63,035 nucleotides of DNA from Sulfurospirillum sp. (lineage in GTDB: Bacteria; Campylobacterota; Campylobacteria; Campylobacterales; Sulfurospirillaceae). The DNA lies in assembly GCA_045047115.1 (NCBI GenBank), contig JASFYR010000011.1, positions 1-63,035 on the forward strand, in the 5' to 3' direction. Both the position numbers and the translations under genes were made by a program. Of the stretch, positions 28,847 to 39,398 are shown one piece after another (position 1 is the stretch's first letter; every line of letters starts with the position of its first letter). Below the pieces are notes generated by a model, which searched no databases, was not told where the DNA came from, and worked only from the letters and a program-made list of their open reading frames with translations.

Positions 28847-30310
28847 ATGCAGTCTAGTAATGCAATTAACTATGACTATACAGTTGCAAAATACTTTACA
28901 GTTTCCGCTATTGTGCTGGGCATTGTGGGTATGACTGTTGGTGTAATCATCGCATTTCAATTGGCTTTCCCTGAGTTAAATAACTTATTTGGAGAGTATG
29001 GAACATTTGGAAGGTTGAGACCAATACATACCGACGGGGTTGCTTTTGGTTTTACAGTGAGTGGCATAATGGCCACTTGGTATTATGTGGGGCAGAGAGT
29101 TTTAAAAGTCTCTATGGCAGAATCAAAATTTTTGATGTTTATAGGGAAACTACAATTTTGGCTATATATTCTTGTTGTGGCAGTTGCTGTTGTTTCACTG
29201 GCTATGGGGCAAACAACCTCAAAAGAGTATGCAGAATTTGAGTGGCCTGTAGATATAGGTATCGTCATTGTTTGGGTTTTGTGGGGAATTAGCATCTTCG
29301 GACTTATAGGTATAAGAAGAGAAAAAGTTCTATACATCTCTGTATGGTACTATATAGCAACATTTTTAGGTGTGGCAATGTTGTATCTGTTTAATAATAT
29401 GGAAGTACCTACCTATTTTGTATCCGGCATGGGTAATTGGTTTCACTCAGTATCTATGTATGCAGGAAGCAATGATGCGATGGTTCAGTGGTGGTATGGA
29501 CACAATGCGGTTGCATTTGTCTTTACAGTGCCTATTATAGCTATGATTTACTACTTTTTACCAAAAGAATCAGGTCAACCTATATTTTCATATAAACTAT
29601 CACTTCTTTCATTTTGGGGTTTGATGTTTGTTTATCTTTGGGCTGGTGGACACCACCTTTTATACTCAACAGTTCCTGATTGGGTTCAGACAATGGCATC
29701 AATCTTCTCTATTATTTTGATTTTACCATCTTGGGGAAGTGCTATTAACATACTACTTACTATGAAAGGTGAGTGGGGACAGTTAAAAGATAACCCATTG
29801 ATTAAATTTTATGTACTGGCTTCAACTTTCTATATGCTAAGTACCCTTGAAGGCCCTATTCAGGCTATTAAGTCAGTAAATGCTCTTGCGCACTTTACAG
29901 ATTGGATTCCTGGACATGTTCACGATGGTACTTTAGGCTGGGTTGGATTTATGATTATTGGTGGAATTTTTCATATGGCTCCGAGAATGTTCAAAAGAGA
30001 GATATTTAGTAAAAAACTTGTTGAAGCACAATTTTGGCTTCAAACAACAGGAATAGTTATGTACTTTACAAGTATGTGGATATCAGGTATCACTCAAGGT
30101 ATGATGTGGAGAGCAACTGATCAATACGGTAACTTGGGTTACTCATTTATTGATACTGTTGAAGTCTTGCATCCTTACTGGACACTAAGAGCGGTTGGTG
30201 GCACGTTTTATCTAATAGGTGTATTTATGTGGGCATATAACATCTATAAAACAGCAACTTCAAGCAAAGCAATTGAGAAAGAACCTCAATATGCTTCACC
30301 TATGGCATAA
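28847..30310 (+). CDS. ccoN: cbb3-type cytochrome c oxidase subunit I
   Basis: GRLRPIHT, WWYGHNAV, WAGGHHL, GHVH. Confidence 0.97.
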   Translation: MQSSNAINYDYTVAKYFTVSAIVLGIVGMTVGVIIAFQLAFPELNNLFGEYGTFGRLRPIHTDGVAFGFTVSGIMATWYYVGQRVLKVSMAESKFLMFIGKLQFWLYILVVAVAVVSLAMGQTTSKEYAEFEWPVDIGIVIVWVLWGISIFGLIGIRREKVLYISVWYYIATFLGVAMLYLFNNMEVPTYFVSGMGNWFHSVSMYAGSNDAMVQWWYGHNAVAFVFTVPIIAMIYYFLPKESGQPIFSYKLSLLSFWGLMFVYLWAGGHHLLYSTVPDWVQTMASIFSIILILPSWGSAINILLTMKGEWGQLKDNPLIKFYVLASTFYMLSTLEGPIQAIKSVNALAHFTDWIPGHVHDGTLGWVGFMIIGGIFHMAPRMFKREIFSKKLVEAQFWLQTTGIVMYFTSMWISGITQGMMWRATDQYGNLGYSFIDTVEVLHPYWTLRAVGGTFYLIGVFMWAYNIYKTATSSKAIEKEPQYASPMA

Positions 30311-30321
30311 GGAGGTATGAG

Positions 30322-30987
30322 ATGTTTCATTGGTTAGAAAAAAATCCATTCTTTTTTGCAGTAGTAACATTTTTGGTGATGGCCTATGCTGGCATAGTTA
30401 CAATTCTTCCCGATTTTATGGAGAGTGCAAGGCCTCTTAAGGGAACCAAACCATATACTATGTTGCAAATTGCAGGAAGACAAGTTTATATACAAAATGG
30501 CTGTAATACTTGTCATTCACAGTTAATTCGTCCGTTTAAGTCTGAGACAGACAGATATGGAAAATATTCACTTAGTGGCGAGTATGCTTATGACAGACCT
30601 TTCCTTTGGGGAAGCAGAAGAATAGGTCCGGATCTTCACAGGGTTGGAAATTACAGAACAACAGACTGGCATGAGAATCATATGTTAAATCCGGCAGCTG
30701 TTGTGCCTGGTTCTATCATGCCAAAATATGGTTTTATATTTAAAAAGAGCGCAGATTTAAAGACTGCTTATGCAGAGGCTGATACAGTCAAGAAAGTTTT
30801 TGATGTTCCTTATGATAAGCCAGGTATGCCAAAACTTGGATCATATGATCAAGCTAAAAAAGCAGCCTACAAAGAGGCTGGTAAAATTGTGGCTGATATG
30901 AAAAATCAAGATGTTAAAGATGCATACAAAAAAGGTGACATTAAAGAGATAGTAGCGTTAATCGCATATATGAATGGTTTAAAATAA
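30322..30987 (+). CDS. ccoO: cbb3-type oxidase subunit II
   Basis: GCNTCHSQLIRP, WGSRRIGPDL, SIMP. Confidence 0.97.
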   Translation: MFHWLEKNPFFFAVVTFLVMAYAGIVTILPDFMESARPLKGTKPYTMLQIAGRQVYIQNGCNTCHSQLIRPFKSETDRYGKYSLSGEYAYDRPFLWGSRRIGPDLHRVGNYRTTDWHENHMLNPAAVVPGSIMPKYGFIFKKSADLKTAYAEADTVKKVFDVPYDKPGMPKLGSYDQAKKAAYKEAGKIVADMKNQDVKDAYKKGDIKEIVALIAYMNGLK

Positions 30988-30997
30988 GGAATTTATC

Positions 30998-31225
30998 GTG
31001 GATATGGAACTCATAAGGAATCTGCAGGGTTGGGGATATGTAAGTATGATTTTTATACTTACTATCGGGCTTTATGCCTATATATATCATCTCTACAAGT
31101 CTCAAAAAGATGGTGTAAAGGATTATGAAAAGTACTCCAATATGGCACTTAGTGATGATATAGAAGACTCTTTGGTTGAAGAGAAGTATCTGCGCAATAA
31201 CAAAAAAGATAATGAGGAGCGTTAA
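30998..31225 (+). CDS. ccoQ: cbb3-type oxidase subunit IV
   Basis: Single TM, DYEKY..MAL.D; position between ccoO and ccoP. Confidence 0.88.
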   Translation: MDMELIRNLQGWGYVSMIFILTIGLYAYIYHLYKSQKDGVKDYEKYSNMALSDDIEDSLVEEKYLRNNKKDNEER

Positions 31226-31227
31226 AA

Positions 31228-32079
31228 ATGAATTGGCTGAATGATAATGTTAATTTGCTGACACTGTTAGGTGCAGCAGCAATCATAATCCTCACTGTAG
31301 GCGTCGCTGGTAAGTACATCAAACAGATTAAAACCGACAAAGCAACAGGTGAGTTAACAGGAGATAATTGGGATGGTATAGGAGAGTTTAGTAATCCAAT
31401 GCCTATGGGTTGGTCACTGGCTTTTTTAGGGACTATAGTTTGGGGATTATGGTACTTTTTTATGGGTTATCCGTTGGGAACATTTTCTCAGATTGGACAA
31501 TACAATGAAGAAGTAAGTAACTATACAAAAAGATTTGAGAGCAAATGGGCAAACCCGGATCATGAAACACTAATGGGTATGGGAGAGGGAGTATTTTTAG
31601 TTCAATGCTCACCTTGCCATGGTATCACAGGTGATGGAATGAATGGAAAAGCAGCAGATCTTACAACTTGGGGTAGTGAAAAGCATATAGTAAATGTGGT
31701 CTTGAAAGGCTCAAAAGGCCAAGGTTATCCTCTAGGAGAGATGCCAGCAGGTCTTTTAGATAAAGCAAGTGCAGAGGCAGTTGCAGCTTATATAGTTCAA
31801 GATTTGGCAAAAGATGGCAAGAGTAAACATCCTGAACTTGTAGCAAAAGGCAAAGCTCTTTGGGCAACATGTGGTGCCTGTCATGGAATGGACGGCAAAG
31901 GTATGGGAGGAAGTGCTCCTGCTTTGGTCGACTATGGTAAGGCAAAATTTGTTGTTGATGTTTTAAATCACGGTAAACTTGGAGCTATTGGTCAAATGCC
32001 TAAGTTTAACGATGGAAGACTTACGGATATACAAAAAACTGCAGTTGGCACTTATGTTAACTCTTTGAGTCAGGAGTAA
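31228..32079 (+). CDS. ccoP: cbb3-type oxidase subunit III (diheme)
   Basis: WDGIGE..NP.P, CSPCH, CGACH. Confidence 0.96.
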   Translation: MNWLNDNVNLLTLLGAAAIIILTVGVAGKYIKQIKTDKATGELTGDNWDGIGEFSNPMPMGWSLAFLGTIVWGLWYFFMGYPLGTFSQIGQYNEEVSNYTKRFESKWANPDHETLMGMGEGVFLVQCSPCHGITGDGMNGKAADLTTWGSEKHIVNVVLKGSKGQGYPLGEMPAGLLDKASAEAVAAYIVQDLAKDGKSKHPELVAKGKALWATCGACHGMDGKGMGGSAPALVDYGKAKFVVDVLNHGKLGAIGQMPKFNDGRLTDIQKTAVGTYVNSLSQE

Positions 32080-32082
32080 GAT

Positions 32083-32295
32083 ATGGAAAATACAAATAGA
32101 AGTGTTTTTGGATTAAGTGGTGTGACAGGTATGTTGATAGCGACCGTATTGTTGCTTAGTATTTTAGTTGGTTTGACTGTTTGGGGCATAAAAGCTCAGC
32201 AGGAAGTTGCAAATAAACCTTATACCATACAAAATGCAAGTACTATAAAAATGAGAGATGGAAATGCTGAAAAGCATATATCTATCGCTAAATAA
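32083..32295 (+). CDS. DUF4006 family small membrane protein
   Basis: NRSVFGLSGVTGMLIATVLLLSIL; cco-downstream position. Confidence 0.8.
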   Translation: MENTNRSVFGLSGVTGMLIATVLLLSILVGLTVWGIKAQQEVANKPYTIQNASTIKMRDGNAEKHISIAK

Positions 32296-32304
32296 GGGGA
32301 TATT

Positions 32305-32406
32305 ATGGCAGATAAAATGGATGTAATAATAACTTGGGGTTTGATTATAATGGCAGCAGTTTCTGCTTTTGCAGTTTTGACTCCGAATCACTTATTTGTT
32401 GGTTGA
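32305..32406 (+). CDS. 33 aa single-TM protein (missed by ORF track)
   Basis: AAGGGG RBS; MADKMDVIITWGLIIMAAVSAFAVLTPNHLFVG; stop overlaps the next ATG (TGATG). Confidence 0.75.
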   Translation: MADKMDVIITWGLIIMAAVSAFAVLTPNHLFVG

Positions 32407-33011
32407 TGAAAAGCTATCCTTTTCAAATGCACAAGAAGATTTTTCTTCTTGTGCTATTTTTATTTACTATGACACTTCATGCTAAGAAATTTGTTTATAA
32501 TGATGGCGTCATACTAAATAAAACTGAAGTAAAAATAGAAGAGATGGCAAATGAGCTTTATAAAAAAACAGGTATCAGTGCCTATCTTTTGACGAAAAAA
32601 AAGCTTAATGGTATATCAATTGTTGAGTATGAAAAAGATTTTGCCAAAAAGTTAAAACCACCATATGCAATACTTTCAATCATACTAAATGAACAAAAAA
32701 TTGATATTTATAGCTCGCATGATTTGGCTGATTCTTTTGATAAAGAAGCTATACTCTCGCCATACCCATGGGAGGGTTCAATCATACCTCTTTTGACGCT
32801 TAAGAAAAAGTATGTTAGTGTTAGTGCTGCTATGTTAAATGGTTATGCAGATATGGTTGAGCGAATTGCAAATTCAAAAGATATAAAATTAAAAAGCGGA
32901 ATCGGAAGTACAAATAGAAATATATATTTTTCTCTTCAACTATCTATTTTTCTATTTTTACTAGCAGTTTTTGGTTGGTATATTATAAGAAAATTAAGAA
33001 AGAGCAGGTAA
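32406..33011 (+). CDS. TPM-like domain membrane protein
   Basis: ELYKKTGIS, IIPLL, AAMLNGYAD, C-terminal TM; start 32406. Confidence 0.7.
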   Translation: MKSYPFQMHKKIFLLVLFLFTMTLHAKKFVYNDGVILNKTEVKIEEMANELYKKTGISAYLLTKKKLNGISIVEYEKDFAKKLKPPYAILSIILNEQKIDIYSSHDLADSFDKEAILSPYPWEGSIIPLLTLKKKYVSVSAAMLNGYADMVERIANSKDIKLKSGIGSTNRNIYFSLQLSIFLFLLAVFGWYIIRKLRKSR

Positions 33012-33508
33012 TGGGTGAAAAAAAAGATAGAAATTATTGGCCTCATGGCATTTTAGCTCTCATAATAGCAGTTGTGATAGGCGGAATACTTAGTGTAAAA
33101 ACAGCTTTGGAAAATCCTGTCCAGGAGTCAACATATTTTATGAAAACTTACCAAAGTGTTGAAGACAATGCTTATGAGTTGGAAAAACAAAAAGATGAGT
33201 TTGATAAAAATTTTCAGATAATTTACAGTATAGCAAGGTTTAAGATAGGAAAAAATAAGTTTGCAATCAAAATATTAGATAAAACAGACCATAAACCTGT
33301 AAATAATGCAGATGTAGAAATGCTATTAACAAGATATGAGACTAATACTCTTAATAAAAAACTTAAACCTCTAAAAGTTATAAATGGAACATATATCTTT
33401 AAAGACTTGGATATACAAAAATTAGGTCGCTGGAAAGTGCTGACAACTACAAAGATAGACAAATACAAAGGCTTTAACTCTTACGAAGTAAATGCTACTA
33501 GGAAATGA
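33011..33508 (+). CDS. FixH/CcoH-like protein
   Basis: YWPHGI TM anchor, NPV, YQ.V; Ig-like C-terminus; cco context. Confidence 0.75.
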   Translation: MGEKKDRNYWPHGILALIIAVVIGGILSVKTALENPVQESTYFMKTYQSVEDNAYELEKQKDEFDKNFQIIYSIARFKIGKNKFAIKILDKTDHKPVNNADVEMLLTRYETNTLNKKLKPLKVINGTYIFKDLDIQKLGRWKVLTTTKIDKYKGFNSYEVNATRK

Positions 33509-35847
33509 CAAGAATATTTTCAACTAATAGGGGTGTTAGGGATTTTTACGCACTCTATAAGGGGGAAAGCGCCCTTTTGCCAAAAGCGATCACAATAGCA
33601 GAGTTTGAATCCAAAACAATAATTGTAAAAGATAGAACATTTATTGATAGTGACACTAGAATGCTGCTTTTAAGAGGAGCTATAGATTTCAAGGAATTTA
33701 AGAGACTTCAGTTTAGCTCTGAATTTATGACATTTTTAAGTCACAGTGAGTATATTTTTAGGTTTTTTGATGAGCTGGCAAGTGAACAAATAGATATAAA
33801 TGAACTGAAAAAATATGATATGTATGCGCTTTATGATGAGCATCTTGAGGCATTGGAGATACTAAGAGATAGGTATTTAGAACTTCTTGACAAAAATGCA
33901 TTTGTAGATAGGATAAATTTGGCAAATCATTACAGCATCAATGAAGACTATCTTAAAAATCTTGAAGCACTTAAATTTAGAGTTGATGGCTTTTTGACTA
34001 AATTTGAAACTACTCTTTTTGAAAAGTGCTCGAAAATCATACCAATTTATATGGACATTGAGATAAACCGGTATAATAAAAAAACAAAATCAATCTTTGA
34101 AAATTTTGGCTTTAAATTAGAAGAGAACAAAGAGTACAGTCTCAATCTAAGTGACAAAAGTATTATTACATGTGGAAATACTTCAAATAAGAGTATAAAG
34201 GTGGATGTGAAAGTGTTCAACTCAAGACTTTCACAGATAGGAGCTGTCTTTTCATTCATTGCTGAGTTTATCAAAGAAGGAATTGCTCCTGAAGATATAG
34301 CAGTAGTTTTGCCAGATGAGAGCTTAAGCACTTTTTTAAAAGAGCTTGATATGCATAATAATTTTAACTTTGCCATGGGATTTTCTCTTAAAAACTCTAT
34401 GGTTTATAAAAGACTAGAAGCAGTCTTACTCTATCTTGGTAACAAAAATGATGAAGAAAAAGCAAGAGTTGAGAGATTAAAGATTCCTAAAGATCTACTT
34501 GAAAACATAAAAAATCTTTATAAAAAAAAGCAAGATACTGATACCCCGATTAAAATCATAAATGATTTTTTGGATTTAGATGAAAATGAGAGCAATGCAG
34601 AAGAGTTTAAGGAGGAGATTTTTAGATTTTCAAAGCTTGTCTCAAATCTAAAAGAGCTCACATTGGAACAGATCCTTAGACTCTTTTTGCAGAGATTAAA
34701 AAAAAGAAGCAAGGATGATGCAAGAGGTGGAAAGATAACAGTTATGGGACTTTTGGAGACTAGAGGAAGTAATTTTAAGGGTGTTATTGTGCCAGATTTT
34801 AGTGACGACTTTGTGCCAAAACGAAGCCAAAAAGATCTTTTTTTAAATACCCAAATTAGAAAAAATATAGGACTTCCTACAAAAGATGATAGAGAAAACT
34901 TGCAAAAATACTACTACTATAAATTATTTTCCTCTGCGAAAAAAGCAGCAATCTGCACAGTTGCAAATGAGCATGTTATGCCATCTCGTTTTTTAGATGA
35001 GTTGGAACTAAACTACAATTCAAATATCGACACGAGAATCTTCAATACTCTTTTATTTGACAAAAGAGAAATCTTTATACCAAAAGCAGAGACGATAACT
35101 GGTATAAAGTATGATTTGCACCAAAGCCCACTGAGTGCTACAAAACTAGAGACTCTTTTGGTTTGTAAAAGAAAATTTTACTATAAATATATAAAAAGAC
35201 TAAAAGAACCTCAAAATATACTCGCTGAGTCAAATGCCAAAATCGGGCTCAAATTGCATAAGGCACTAGAGAGGGTCTTTTTTAAAGGTATGGCTTTAGA
35301 TGATGAAAAAAAAGTGCTGGAGCGACTAAGAGGAGAGTTGATACAAGAACATACAAAAGAACTAGAAGAGTTTGAGCTTGAAGGATGGTTGGTGCTTATG
35401 AAAGAGTTTGTTTTGCGGGAGAAAAGAAGATACGAAAGCGGTTTTAGAATTTTTGAAACGGAATTGGAGCTTCGTTCCGGATTTGAAGGCTTTGAAATAA
35501 AAGGCAAGCTGGATAGAATAGATATAAAAGATTCTAAACTCTTCGTCATAGACTATAAGAGTGGAGACACAAACTCTCTGTTAAAGCAAAAAATAGAAAA
35601 TCTTACAAATTTTCAACTCCCATTTTACTATCTTTTAGCAAAACAACTAGGAAATGTTGACGGTGTATTTTATTATGATTTAAAAGAAGCTGTGTTAAAA
35701 AAAGAGATTATGATAGAAGAAAAAATAGAAAAACTTAAATTAATATTAAATACCTTCAGTGAGCCTATAAAGACATTTGATCTATGTGAAAATCATAGCA
35801 ATTGTCGTTACTGCCCATATAAAAAATTATGTTTAAGAGAAAATTAA
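33505..35847 (+). CDS. addB: AddB-like inactivated helicase/PD-(D/E)XK nuclease
   Basis: VMGLLETRG, SRFL, KGKLDRID, IDYKSG; Fe-S Cys (C...C..CPY..LC). Confidence 0.9.
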   Translation: MTRIFSTNRGVRDFYALYKGESALLPKAITIAEFESKTIIVKDRTFIDSDTRMLLLRGAIDFKEFKRLQFSSEFMTFLSHSEYIFRFFDELASEQIDINELKKYDMYALYDEHLEALEILRDRYLELLDKNAFVDRINLANHYSINEDYLKNLEALKFRVDGFLTKFETTLFEKCSKIIPIYMDIEINRYNKKTKSIFENFGFKLEENKEYSLNLSDKSIITCGNTSNKSIKVDVKVFNSRLSQIGAVFSFIAEFIKEGIAPEDIAVVLPDESLSTFLKELDMHNNFNFAMGFSLKNSMVYKRLEAVLLYLGNKNDEEKARVERLKIPKDLLENIKNLYKKKQDTDTPIKIINDFLDLDENESNAEEFKEEIFRFSKLVSNLKELTLEQILRLFLQRLKKRSKDDARGGKITVMGLLETRGSNFKGVIVPDFSDDFVPKRSQKDLFLNTQIRKNIGLPTKDDRENLQKYYYYKLFSSAKKAAICTVANEHVMPSRFLDELELNYNSNIDTRIFNTLLFDKREIFIPKAETITGIKYDLHQSPLSATKLETLLVCKRKFYYKYIKRLKEPQNILAESNAKIGLKLHKALERVFFKGMALDDEKKVLERLRGELIQEHTKELEEFELEGWLVLMKEFVLREKRRYESGFRIFETELELRSGFEGFEIKGKLDRIDIKDSKLFVIDYKSGDTNSLLKQKIENLTNFQLPFYYLLAKQLGNVDGVFYYDLKEAVLKKEIMIEEKIEKLKLILNTFSEPIKTFDLCENHSNCRYCPYKKLCLREN

Positions 35848-35848
35848 G

Positions 35849-38563
35849 ATGATAAAAAATCTGGCACTTGAAGCTAGTGCAGGAAGTGGAAAGACATTTG
35901 CTCTTAGTGTAAGATATATTTCTTTGCTGATTCTCGGTTCACCTCCTTCTGAAATTTTAACACTTACTTTTACAAATAAAGCAGCGCTTGAGATGAAGAG
36001 GAGAATTTTTGATACCTTAAAAAATCTTGAAACAGCGGATGAATTGGTTGAAATCATAAAAATTACCTCTAAAAGCAAGGATGAGATTCTCTCTTTGAAA
36101 CCAAAAGTTCTAAGAGAGTTTTTGAGGAGTGATTTGAAGATATCTACGATAGACTCTTTTTTCTCCTCAATTTTGAGAAAGTTCTCATTTAATATTGGTT
36201 TAATGCCGGATTTTAAGCTTGAAGAGACTCTTTTGAGTGATGACTTGATAGAGAGATTTTTGAAGATTTGCAAAAGTGGGTTACTATATAAATCATTGAT
36301 TCTGTTTTCGCTGAATGAGAAGAAAAAACTAGCAGATATATTTTCTCTTTTTGCTTTGCTTTTTGAAAAACACAGCGAGATTGATTTTGAAAATTTTGCC
36401 AAACAAAACAGAGAATATCCAAATGAAAAAGAAATACTTGTTCTAGTGAGTGATATAAAACAAAAATTTCAAAACAGAGGATTGCCGAAAAATGCTCTTA
36501 AGACCTTTGAAGTTCAAAGTGTTAAAGAGTTGTTGGAGAAGAAATTTTTACAAAGAGAAGATCTTGCTTACTGGACATATAAAAAATATGTGAATTGTGA
36601 GTTAAATGATCTGCATAATGAGCTCAAAGATAGATTAAGTAGATATGTAAAAGCAAAAGAGGGCTATGTTATAAATCAGCTTTCAAAACAATATATTGCA
36701 TTTTGTGGTGCAATGGATATAGATTCAAAACAAAATTCGACCCTTAGCTTTTCTCAAATGACAAACAGGCTATTTGACATACTAAGAGACGATATAAACA
36801 GAGACTTTTTATACTTTAGGCTGGATGGAAGTTTTAAACATCTTTTGATAGATGAATTTCAAGATACAAATATAGTCCAGTATAAAATCCTGGAGCCTTT
36901 TATGCAAGAGATTGTTTCCGGAGTTGGCGTCAGTGAGGACAGAACGCTCTTTTTGGTCGGTGATACCAAACAGTCTATATATAGGTTTAGAGGAGGAGCT
37001 AAAGAGCTTTTCTCTTATGCTGCAACTTCACTAAATCTTGAGATTGGAGTTTTAGGGGTAAACTACAGAAGCTCTTCCAGTGTTGTGGATTTTATTAATA
37101 AAACATTTAGCGATAAAATCAGTGGATATAGAAATCAAGAGATCAAAAAAGAGGCAAATACGGGGTATGTTGCTGTTGTTATAGACGACGATATAGAAAA
37201 AAATCTTATATCAAATTTGCAAAATCTTTTAAGTCTCGGTATTTTGCAAAGTGATATAGCTGTTTTGTGCTACACAAACAAAGAAGCTTTGATGCTAAAA
37301 GAGTTGATAGAAGATAAGATATATGGAGCTAAAGCAAGTCTGGAGGCAAAGAGAAAACTAATAGAGGTGCCTGTCATATCTGGAATTATTGATTTTGTAT
37401 TTTATCTGTATTTTAAGGATGAGTTGTATCTGGAAAATTTTTGTGTAAAATGTGGTAAAAGTTATAAGGAAGATGAGCATCTTTTTGATTTGGGAGCTAG
37501 TGTAGATACTCTGGTGGCAAGAATTATTCGATATTTTAATCTTTTTGACGGCAGGGATGATGTGCTTCTTTTTATCGAAAGTTGTGCAGGATTTCGTGAT
37601 GTAGAAGAGTTTTTGTTTAACTATCAAAATATATCTCAAAATTCTTTAAACAGTGAGAGTGAAGGAATACGAGTTTTGACTATTCACAAATCAAAAGGTT
37701 TGGAATTTTCAAATGTATTTGTTGTTGATAGACTCAAAAGAGCCAGAAGTGGTGCAGGTACTTTTATATTTGATTATGATGATATTCAATTGCAAAACAT
37801 ATATCTAAAGGTAAAAAATAGAGAATATTTTGATGACGAATATAAAAAAGCAAAAGTCAAAGAGGGCATAAAAGAGTATGAGGATGCACTCAATACGCAG
37901 TATGTCGCATTTACAAGAGCAAAAAATAACCTTTTTATACTATCCAAAGAGAAAAGTTCTGCTTTTTCAAATCTTGATCTTTGTGAATTGCAAAAAGGTG
38001 AAGTATATGTTCAAAATGAAAAAAAATCTAAGGATAGAGCTGATATTTCTTGTTTTAAGCCTAACAGATATGGAATCCAAGAGGTCGCAAAAGCTGAACT
38101 TTCCAAAGTAAAAACAGATGACTTTATGGCAGTAGAGTTTGGTTTGGCACTTCATTATATGCTTGAGATGCTGGGTGGGTTTGAGCCGAGATATATAGGC
38201 AATGCCTACGAGAGCCTAAGAAACAGGTATAAAGGTGTTTTAGATGAGAGTGATTTGGAAGATATTAAAAAAAGAGTGCTAAAATTACTTAAAAACAGTG
38301 AGTTTAGAAAAATCATACAAGGCGCAAAGTTGAGTAAGGAACAGCCTGTGTATTATAGGCAGGAAAGAAAACAACTGGATCTTTTGTTGGAATTTAGTGA
38401 TAAAGTTGTAGTGGTTGACTACAAGAGTTCGGAGTTGTTGCAATCTTCACATGTAAAACAGGTTGGTCTTTATAAAAAAGCCCTAAAAGAGATATATGCC
38501 AAAGAGTGCGAGGCATATCTGTGCTATCTGAAAAGAGATGACATTAAGTTGGTAAAGGTTTGA
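35849..38563 (+). CDS. addA: AddA (RecB-like) helicase-nuclease
   Basis: ASAGSGKT, TFTNKAA, DEFQDT, TIHKSKGLEF, YVAFTRA, DYKS. Confidence 0.93.
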   Translation: MIKNLALEASAGSGKTFALSVRYISLLILGSPPSEILTLTFTNKAALEMKRRIFDTLKNLETADELVEIIKITSKSKDEILSLKPKVLREFLRSDLKISTIDSFFSSILRKFSFNIGLMPDFKLEETLLSDDLIERFLKICKSGLLYKSLILFSLNEKKKLADIFSLFALLFEKHSEIDFENFAKQNREYPNEKEILVLVSDIKQKFQNRGLPKNALKTFEVQSVKELLEKKFLQREDLAYWTYKKYVNCELNDLHNELKDRLSRYVKAKEGYVINQLSKQYIAFCGAMDIDSKQNSTLSFSQMTNRLFDILRDDINRDFLYFRLDGSFKHLLIDEFQDTNIVQYKILEPFMQEIVSGVGVSEDRTLFLVGDTKQSIYRFRGGAKELFSYAATSLNLEIGVLGVNYRSSSSVVDFINKTFSDKISGYRNQEIKKEANTGYVAVVIDDDIEKNLISNLQNLLSLGILQSDIAVLCYTNKEALMLKELIEDKIYGAKASLEAKRKLIEVPVISGIIDFVFYLYFKDELYLENFCVKCGKSYKEDEHLFDLGASVDTLVARIIRYFNLFDGRDDVLLFIESCAGFRDVEEFLFNYQNISQNSLNSESEGIRVLTIHKSKGLEFSNVFVVDRLKRARSGAGTFIFDYDDIQLQNIYLKVKNREYFDDEYKKAKVKEGIKEYEDALNTQYVAFTRAKNNLFILSKEKSSAFSNLDLCELQKGEVYVQNEKKSKDRADISCFKPNRYGIQEVAKAELSKVKTDDFMAVEFGLALHYMLEMLGGFEPRYIGNAYESLRNRYKGVLDESDLEDIKKRVLKLLKNSEFRKIIQGAKLSKEQPVYYRQERKQLDLLLEFSDKVVVVDYKSSELLQSSHVKQVGLYKKALKEIYAKECEAYLCYLKRDDIKLVKV

Positions 38564-38564
38564 G

Positions 38565-38987
38565 ATGAAAAGTGTTTTGATTTTTATAGTGGTTTTATTG
38601 GTGGCGATTCAGTTTATACCTGCAAAGATAACAAATCCCAAGAGTGATAAAAACTTGGAGATAAAAGCCCCACAAGCAGTGATAAAGATACTTAAAAATT
38701 CGTGTTATGATTGTCACTCAAACGAGGTAAAAATTCCTTGGTACGCAAGCATTGCACCGGCTTCGTTTTTTATGAAAAGACATGTTGATTTGGGGCGCCA
38801 ATGGGTAAATTTCTCTATTTGGGAGAGCTACACCCCAAAACAAAAAGATAAAAAACTCGAAGAGATATTTAAATCTGTCTATCATGCGATGCCGTTGCCA
38901 AGCTACCTAAAACTACACAAAAGGGCAAATTTATCCCAAAAACAAAAACAAATCATTAGGGAGTGGACAGGTAAAATACCATACTAA
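38565..38987 (+). CDS. Heme-binding domain (monoheme c) protein
   Basis: SCYDCHSN, PWY, NFS.W, MP..Y...H. Confidence 0.85.
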   Translation: MKSVLIFIVVLLVAIQFIPAKITNPKSDKNLEIKAPQAVIKILKNSCYDCHSNEVKIPWYASIAPASFFMKRHVDLGRQWVNFSIWESYTPKQKDKKLEEIFKSVYHAMPLPSYLKLHKRANLSQKQKQIIREWTGKIPY

Positions 38988-39060
38988 GTTGTAGATTATT
39001 ATTGTGCAATAAGATATAATGCAGTGAGTAAAGTCAGATAATATCTCAGAGGTAAACTAT

Positions 39061-39270
39061 ATGGATATCAGCGTATTTTTGATAGCTTTTTTGTTTTTTA
39101 TACCACTATATTTGATAGGAATTGTTTCTGACAGTAAACCTTTGACAATTTTTTTAGCGATAATAGCAGTATTGATAGCTATGTTTTTTGGTGGTGAAAA
39201 ATATATGTATTTTGATGTTATGGCTATAGGTATCGCTATCTTTTTTGCATTTTTAAAAATAGATAGATAA
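39061..39270 (+). CDS. Small hydrophobic hypothetical protein
   Basis: GAGG RBS; 69 aa with ~3 hydrophobic segments; TATAAT upstream. Confidence 0.55.
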   Translation: MDISVFLIAFLFFIPLYLIGIVSDSKPLTIFLAIIAVLIAMFFGGEKYMYFDVMAIGIAIFFAFLKIDR

Positions 39271-39398
39271 AGTCAAGGGTAAAATAATCTTATATTTTAC
39301 TGAAATTCAGCTATATAAAAGTTTTATTTAACTACAATCACACTTCGATAAAAAGATATGAAAACAATCTAACAAAAAGCATAAGCATCAGGGTGAGA

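Noticed and set aside
33505..38563. Cas4-like nuclease plus helicase as a novel defence system
   Set aside because: Motifs and position before rplM match the standard Campylobacterota AddAB repair pair.
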